NCBI GenBank assembly: GCA_001643675.2
Contig: LSRY02000057.1
Span: forward strand, 460,288 to 524,287
Origin: Monocercomonoides exilis PA203
Lineage: Eukaryota; Protista; Preaxostyla
Direction: 5' to 3'
Length of the DNA stretch: 64,000 nt
Part shown: positions 56,301-64,000 of the stretch, piece after piece
Layout of the letters: every line of letters begins with the position of its first letter
Position numbering within the stretch: position 1 is the first letter of the stretch
Made by a program: the position numbers and the translations under genes
Notes under the pieces: generated by a model
What the model saw: only the letters and a program-made list of their open reading frames with translations
Told to the model about the DNA's origin: nothing
Databases searched by the model: none

Positions 56301-59300
56301 GTGGACAGATGTGGGGTGCCGTCGGACAGCGGAAAGGGGGGAGGGGTGCATGTGGTGTTTGGAAACAACAAAGATAGAGTATTCGATGAAGATGAACGAG
56401 TTCACAAACAATGTTGCAGAAAAGGGGGAGGATGTGTTTTTGGTGTGCGACTCGCCTTGGCTGGTGATTCTGCCAGCACTGTGGTATGGATCTGCAACGA
56501 ACGAAACAGCACAGAAGAAGATGTGGGTGGCGGAGCTGACAGAGGCGGGAAAGGAAGACTCGATCATTAATTACCTGTTCCCATCGCTGAGTTCATACAT
56601 GTTTGTGAGTGGCACAGGGAATGCCGGGGAGAACTGCGGGCTGAGAGAAAACCCGTGTGTGTCTGTGGATGTGGGGTTTGAGCGGCTGAAGGATGTTCAT
56701 GTGATCATGGAGTTGGATGGAGCAGCAAGTGTGGAGAGAGTGATCAACAGGGAGGGAAAGTCGCTGACAATACAAGGGAATGGGGAGAAACAGGAAGTGA
56801 GTGTGGAAGAGAGCGGAAAGTTTGAGCTTGTGCAAGGGGAAGCACTGACATACATGACATTCTCATTTCTTCTGTTTGTGCTCCCCGATGCCTATTCTGG
56901 AGCATCTGAAGAACAGTCAGTTGTGGAAGTCGGTGTTGGGCAGTGCTCATTTGCCGATTGCGCATTTGTGTGCACAGAAAGTGGGACAAACAGCTGTGGG
57001 AGATGGATTGTGATTGGGAAAGGTGGGGTTGTTCGGATGGACAGGACAGAAATCAGTGGGGTTGAATTTGTTGGAGGAGGGGTTGCTGCATGCAGGGGCT
57101 GTTGTGTGACTTTTGAGAACAGCAGCATTAACAGTGCGGACACAGACGGAAAAGGGATGATTGACGGAAGAGCGGGATCTGATGTTGTGTTGAAAAACAC
57201 AACCGCAAGGGGATGCAGGACGAATGCAGGTGCACTGATCACATCGAAAGAGGGATCGCGCCTGAGGATATGTGAGCGCTGTGTTTTTGAAGAGATCAGG
57301 ACACAGAGCAGCAGGGGTGGATGCGTGGAGAGCGAAATGGAGGGAGAGGATGCATTTTCAGTGGAGCTGTCATGGATGACGAAGTGTGAGACGGAGAAAG
57401 AAAGCGGGAGAGGAGGAGGGATATTCATGGGATTGGGGGATGGATGCGCTGGAAACTATCTGCTGTCTGGAATGAAGTTCAAAGGCAACGAGGCACATGA
57501 AGGGAATGATTTATTTATCATGTGTCAAGTGCTGAATGAGAGTGTGAGAGCTGCTCGACTGGCCTTTGAGTATGACGGGGATGATGGGGTTGGAGTTGAT
57601 ATGAAGGGGGGTGGACAGAGAGTATTTTGGAGAGTGTGTGGATCTTCGGCTGTTTGTTGTTGAAAGGAAGGCCGGGGAAGTGTATGTGTCTGCAGAAGGG
57701 TATGATACAGCAGGGTGCGGAAGCGAGGCATATGCGTGCAGCACAATTTGGAGCGGGATAGGGCATGTTGACAGAAGCGGGATTGCGGGGGAGGGGAGAT
57801 TGTGGGTGAAGGACAAAGGAGAAATCATGGATTTCTTCGCATTTTCTAGTGCACTGAGAATTGAAGGGCTGGGGAAGGAAGGAGATGAAATACCGCAAAA
57901 GGTTATCCGATTTGCAGAGACTATCAGAGGAAGTGTCGCTATGTCTGTTCTGGCATCGAAGGCATCGCTGATGCTCCAATCATTGAGGATGGAAACGCCA
58001 TCGGCGTTTGAGCCGATGGTGAAATCAATTGTGACATCGAGTGGGATTCTTCAGCTGAATAACTGCACATTTGCCATGGAGTCTGGGGCTGTTGTTGAGT
58101 ATTCGCTAATTGTCACAACAAATGGGACATGCTCGATGAGAGGGTGCACTCTGCAAGACTGCATGTTTGGTGTGACTCCATTTTTGATATCATCTTCTGT
58201 GCTGCTTGAAAGCAACAACTTCTCATTCATCAAGAACACAGCAGGTGCTGAAGGAGGTGTTGCAAAAGTGGAGCTGAGTGAAGAAGATGAGCTTGTAACC
58301 AGATCAACAAATGCATCATTCTGTTTAATCAATGCAGAGAGAGGGAAAGGAGGGTTCCTGTATGTGAATAGCCAAAAGTGCACGAGCGAGAATGGACTTG
58401 TCTTCGAAAGTGATGTTGTGTTTGGAGGTAATGTGGCCTGGATGGGGAAGAATGCATTTATCTTGGCAGCAGATCTGAACAGCACAGTGAGAGGAGAAAC
58501 ATACAGGTTTGATTATTCGACAATGAAAGATGACAGAACGCTGTTTGTGGGGAGCGATGGAGTCCACACAAATATCGATCTGTTTGTGTTTCTTGTTTCG
58601 TACACTTCGAGTGAGGTTTATGTGTCCAACGAAGGGTTTGATGTTGCTCGGTGCGGGAGCAAGAAAGAGCCATGCAGAACACTGTGGAAAGGCATCAGCC
58701 AGGTGAAGGAAGGCGAGGAGCGAAGGCGTTGCGAATAGCAGGGTCGACGCCGATACGAGACGCCTTCGACGGAACCAGATATGAGATCGAAAATGCAGAA
58801 GCTGGGGAGAGGCAAGCGGCAAGGCGGTTTTGCGCTTGGAGAAGGCATATGAAGGGCCACTGGAGTATTTCATCTGCAACAGTGTATCGCTCTCATTGAG
58901 GGAGATCAAGGTGCTGATGACAGCAGGGTTTGAGAGCACAGCAAGGGCAGTTATTTCTAACAAGGGTGGGGAGCTATGGATTAAAGAATGCGCGTTTCAC
59001 TCAGAAGCACAGTTGAACAACGGGTTTGAGTGCGTGTTTGTTGATGTCAATGCCGGTGTGCTTGGTGTGAATGGCTTGTCGATGGACTCGAGTTGTGTGG
59101 GCAAAAGTGTTTTGCAGGTTGAGGAGGTGGGTGCCGAGTGCAACTTATCGAACATGCACATTTCATCGCTAAACGAAACAGGAGGATGTGTGATATCTGT
59201 GGGGAATGTTGTACCCAGCACAGCACAAACGATGGGAATGCAGCGAGCAGCATGGACATGGAGAACTGTTCGTTTGAGGGGGATGAAAAGAAGCGACAAT

Positions 59301-62300
59301 GAAGCGAGTGTGCTTGTGTCGAAAAGCGAGAAGGGGATCACAGTGAGGATAAGAGACTGCTTGCTTGTGGATGGCAAAGCAGAGACAAGCGACAAGGGAG
59401 GGGGGATGCTGTTTGGACTGCACAAAGCAGGAAGGCTTAGCATGGTGAAGACAACGATGAGTCGGTGCAGCTGCGAGAGCAACAGCGGGAAAGGCGGAGG
59501 GGTGTATCTGGAGAGCAAAGAAAGAGGGGCGCTGAGCTTTGTGTTTGAGAAGGTGAGCTTCAGCGCAAACACAGCAGGGGTGGGGAACGACATATTTGTC
59601 GAGTGCTACAACATCTCGTGCCAGATCAACGAGACTCAGTTCCGCTTCGATCTTCGGGAAGAGAGCTATGCTCGGCTGAATGCGATATATGGGTCGGATG
59701 CCACAGAACACACAGGAAGCACGAATCTGATAGACTTCATCACAATCCACCAGAGCGACACAATCATCGTGTCAGGCAATAGTGGAGTGGATGAACGGCA
59801 GTGTGGCACACGCTCTCTGCCGTGCCAGTCCATAGATTATGGACTGGCGCATCTGACTGCGGACTTCATCAGTCAGATGTTTGTTGATGGGGAGAGTGCG
59901 ATCAAGGGGGAAGTGGAACTGGACGAGATGAGCCTGAGCTCAAGAAGCCGCGATCTGTGCAATGTTGAAGTGGAGTCGAGGATCGAATGCACAAGGGCGA
60001 GTGTGATATCGACATCCAACACAGTGACTATTTCGAGAGTGAGGTTTGTATTTGATATGGAATTTGCATCTTCTCACGTTGCACTGGTTGAGCCAGACAG
60101 CGGATTGGTGGAAATGGTCAACTGCTCGTTCAGCTCGAAGCACACAGAACCTGCTGAAGCTCGTTTGCAAGCACAAATACCGTTTCACATCATTCAAATT
60201 GCCTCGGGGAGATGTGTTCTAGATGGATGCTGCGTGGCAGACGTTGCGCTTTCTGTGGCTGCAATATGCATTGCATCACCTATCCAATTTGTTGTTTCTT
60301 CTTGCGTGTTCTGCGACTTGGCAACCAGCGATCCGCTCATTGATGTCACAGGAAGTGGAGAAATTTCTGCGAATCATCTGGAATTGGCGAATGTCACCGT
60401 CTCAAAAAGAGGACTTTCTTTGCTGTCGTGCTCAGGCGTGAGAAGAAAAATGAAACTTAACAATTGCTCGATCAAAAATTCAGCACAAGACAATTCAAGA
60501 GGGATGCTCATCACATTGGGCAACTGCTCTGACGCAGTGATGGACAGTTGCCTCTTGGATGGGAATTCAAGCGAATGCGATACAAAAGAATCACAAAGAA
60601 GGTTATCCAACAAAGTGTTTAATGAAGCGGAAAATGAAACATGCAGATGGAATGGTTCAATTGTTGATTTTTCTAGTAGTTCCGTGATGATGAAAGACAC
60701 AACAATCTGCAACTCCTCAAAGGGAGGGATAACTGTGAGTGGAGGAAGTGTTGGAATTGAAATGGGGTTATTTGAGAATAACAACCCTTCAATAGCAAAT
60801 TACCCATCATTGAGAAGAAATATCATCTGTTCAGATTCAGGAACATTTAATGTGATGAGTCTGAAAGGAGGAGATGGATGGAAGGATAATACCTCACTTT
60901 GGATGTTGAATGATGGGTGCAGCTTTGAAGGGATTATTTCTGAAAGGGCATCACCATTTTTCATTCCTGTGTTGGAGAGTGTTGAAGCAAATGAGAAAGG
61001 CAGAAATGGAGGTTGTGTTCAAAGGGAAGCTTCTTCTCCCATGCAACTTGTCATTCATGATTGTGAAGCAGATTGGAGAAGAAAAGCAGATTGAGAAATA
61101 TGGGTTTAATGAGAGTGGATATGTGTCAGAGACAGAGGTTAAAGGGAGGGGTGAAACGGGAAACAATTAGCGAGGCAGGAGATGAGGCAGAGGTGAGTGT
61201 GTGCATTCTGTTTGGGGACGGAAATAATCCATCGTCCACTGATTCTTTCATTCTGAAGAACAGAAGTGAGCCTAAAGCTAATGGGGATGAAAGGATTGTT
61301 GAAGGAGGAAAGAAGGAAATCGTATTGGTTGTTGATTGTTTGCATTGCGATTGTTGTAATACTGTTTGTGGTCATTATTGTTCTGGCTATTCGGTGGAGG
61401 AAGGAAAAGAATGAAGCAGATGATCTGAGAGATTGTGAATGATAATATCAAAAGGATCCGAAGGCATTTGAGATGGTGACGATGGAGATGTCACCTGAGG
61501 AGCAGTGGAGGAGAGCAGAGAGGGATGCAGAGAAAAGAATGAGGAAAGGATGAAGAAGAGAATATATGACACGAATCTGCAACATTCAGAGTCATCTGAA
61601 CATCTTCTATCTGAGAGTGGCTCAACAGAATACATTTTGGGAAGAGATTCAGATAAGATCCCTCAATGGATGTTGGAGAAAGATGAAGAAGAAGAGATAA
61701 GGAAGAGAACGCCATCACCTTCCATTTCATCCACTTCAACCACATCAACAACTGATTCAGATTCCACGTTTGTTCGAGGAGAGGATTTGTGTCCGACAAC
61801 CTCATCGATGTCAAACTTGGTGGATGCAATGGCCTGTTCATCACCTCATGAGAAGTTGATAGTGGATTTGAGGATTCCCTGTTTATGTTGTTGCACGGGA
61901 AAAATGAGAAGAAGGAGATGGCAATTGACACTCTTCAAGAGAGAGAAATGGCAGCTCAAATCCTGTTCTGGGTGGCAAATGGAGCGCTCCATTCATTTGA
62001 TGAAATGGAAAACCCTCTTCAGTCGCTGGGCAGTCTGAGTCCGCACATTGTGCTGTTCTCCGAGCACATGGTCATCTGCATCACCATGCACTCAGATTGT
62101 TCATCAGGCTCAGACACTTCGTCCTCCATATCTTCAGCAACAGTTGTGACATCAGCAAGTGATGTTGAAAGTGATTCTCTGCCCTCATCTGCCTTTGAGG
62201 ATGACGAAGACAACAAGAAAAGTGTTTGAGGTGGAAGGCACCAGAGCTGCTGAATGGAACAAAGAAACATGCGACGAAGAAGACGGTGGTGTTCTCGATA

Positions 62301-62668
62301 GGGATGATGCTGTGGGAGTGTTTGACACTGCAGATTCCGTTTGGGGAGTATGAGGCTGAGACGGCTGGAGAGAAGATAAAAAGAATGGGGAGAGGCCAGG
62401 AATGGAGAGCATACGTGGATCAGAGATGTGCGAAGCGGTGGAAAACGGGTTGGATGGAAATCCAGAAAGGAGAGCATCGTTGATGCAGGTGAAGCGATAT
62501 CTGGTTGGGCGCTTGCCATCGGGGTACACGATGGCGACAGTGTCGGATGCAATTGCATATTGCGAAGGGTCGGAGGAATGCGGGTCAGAATACATTGAGC
62601 GGAGCGGGGTTGTGAAGCTGGGTTCTGGATCTGAAAGCGAAACACAAACAAGAGGGAGCAGTGGATGA
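50363..62668 (+). pseudogene. Large type-I surface protein with parallel beta-helix/Pmp-like repeats, a TM helix and a C-terminal pseudokinase; broken by more than 10 frameshifts (pseudogene or assembly errors)
   Basis: Consecutive overlapping ORFs 50305-53937, 53883-56570, 56260-57663, 57611-58738, 58830-61094, 61073-61414, 61505-62038, 61885-62229, 62226-62483 and 62402-62668. Repeating GGAI/GGGV-F..C/N units and CG...C.T/S(I/V) modules; TM segment near 61325-61395; RWKAPE, VFSIGMMLWE, IPF and NPERRAS kinase C-lobe motifs. Confidence 0.85.
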
Positions 62669-64000
62669 AGCAGAATGGAGAGTTGGGGGCAGCCACAGAT
62701 GAATCACTTGAAAAGGAAAAAAGAAAGATAAACGCTGGCATATTTCTCAGAATAAAGAATGATTGGAGATGAACAAAAATTAAATGGTGCACTATTCTTA
62801 ATTTCGTTGGATTTATCCAAACATAAAGCGTTGGACAAAGGCATTTGCAAAAGGCACCATTTAATTTTGATTTATTTAATTATTATTCAAACGCACTTTT
62901 TGTTTTGTTGAGCAAATTACAGAAAAACTTTTTGTTGAAGGAAATTTTGCGTGTGTGAAAAGGCATTTTCCAAAACTTCTCGCTGGTGTTTTCTGGCATT
63001 CGTATCAAAGCAGCAGCTAATGTGTGCAATTATTTTAAACACTGAATTACTTTTTCTCGCTAATATTGTCTAATTGCTTCTTTCAAACATCATTTCAATA
63101 TTCTGGTATGTTGTGTATATGCACTTATTATAATAATCTTTTTGTTTCTCAAAAGATTTGATTGAAGCTTGTTATTTCGAATTTAAAGCTATAATAACAC
63201 CATTTCCAATAAGACTTTTTTTCTTTTGTAAATAATTATTCTCTCATATATCTGCTTTTGTCATTGCCATAGTTTAGTCTGAAAAATGAAATCTCAATAA
63301 TTGCATGCAGTTTCTGCTTAAACTCCTATTTTCTCTCTTGACAATTGCAGATTTTTCGTTTTTCAAAAATGCCCAAAAGTTATTCAAAATCAAAATAAAA
63401 AAAAAATAAAAAATAAAAAAATCAAAAACTTTCAAACAAATTCGAAATATTTGACAATAATCAAAAATAGCAATTAACGTTTATTAAATGGAGATTAGAA
63501 TATTTTGTTCTTGCGATTAAAAAAATTATTAATTCATTATTTATTAACCACATAAAAAATAATTCCAAATGGAAATATTTGTGCTCATAATAGGGCTCAC
63601 TTTTTATGGAGCATTTCCTTTATTGACATTATTTATTTATTTTTTGTCTGTTAATTTCAGAAAAGAATATGACAGCTTTTAGCACATATATAAACATTTC
63701 AGACATATCTTCCACAATTTATCAACAATTTGTTTTGGTAAAGGGTCACTTATTGACTCCTTCTTATTTTGCACAGATAACTTAAAAGTTTTTATTATTT
63801 GATATTTCATATTGATTTTTGAATTTGGGATTGTGCGAATATATGGATGATTGCTTTTGAAATCACATGTTTTCAATCAAATTTTTCGATTTGAAAAATT
63901 ATTGAATATCAATGAACAAACAATGAAAAGTGATAACACCTTTTCGTGATAATTTTATCATGAACAAATCACAATCAATGATTTTGAAACAATTATTATT

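Noticed and set aside
63679-63876. 65-aa minus-strand ORF near the right edge
   Set aside because: No motif or convincing splice model; cannot be supported.

Overview
Eukaryotic genomic DNA: very AT-rich intergenic DNA, short GT-AG introns (about 40-230 nt), and the standard genetic code. The gene style resembles the oxymonad Monocercomonoides (inference): Ser-rich giant proteins and a beta-helix surface protein with a pseudokinase tail. The exon structures below were spliced by hand and checked for frame. From left to right: a partial prokaryote-type nucleotide pyrophosphatase/phosphodiesterase gene; a 10-exon, ~5072-aa RalGAP-like gene whose GAP domain lacks the catalytic helix; a 60-aa secreted Cys/Gly peptide gene missed by the ORF track; a ~3-kb gene-free island of microsatellite, 42-bp tandem, inverted and dispersed repeats; a cyclin Y-like gene head-to-head with a SERF/4F5 gene; an AGTRAP-like 4-TM gene head-to-head with an intronless ~3944-aa Trf4/TENT4-type poly(A) polymerase carrying PAM2-like and RG motifs; a 1.17-kb non-autonomous element with 306-bp near-perfect inverted arms; a 1005-aa hypothetical protein; a degenerate DIRS-type tyrosine-recombinase retrotransposon; and a ~12.3-kb receptor-pseudokinase surface gene broken by many single-base indels. 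No tRNA, rRNA or CRISPR array was seen.
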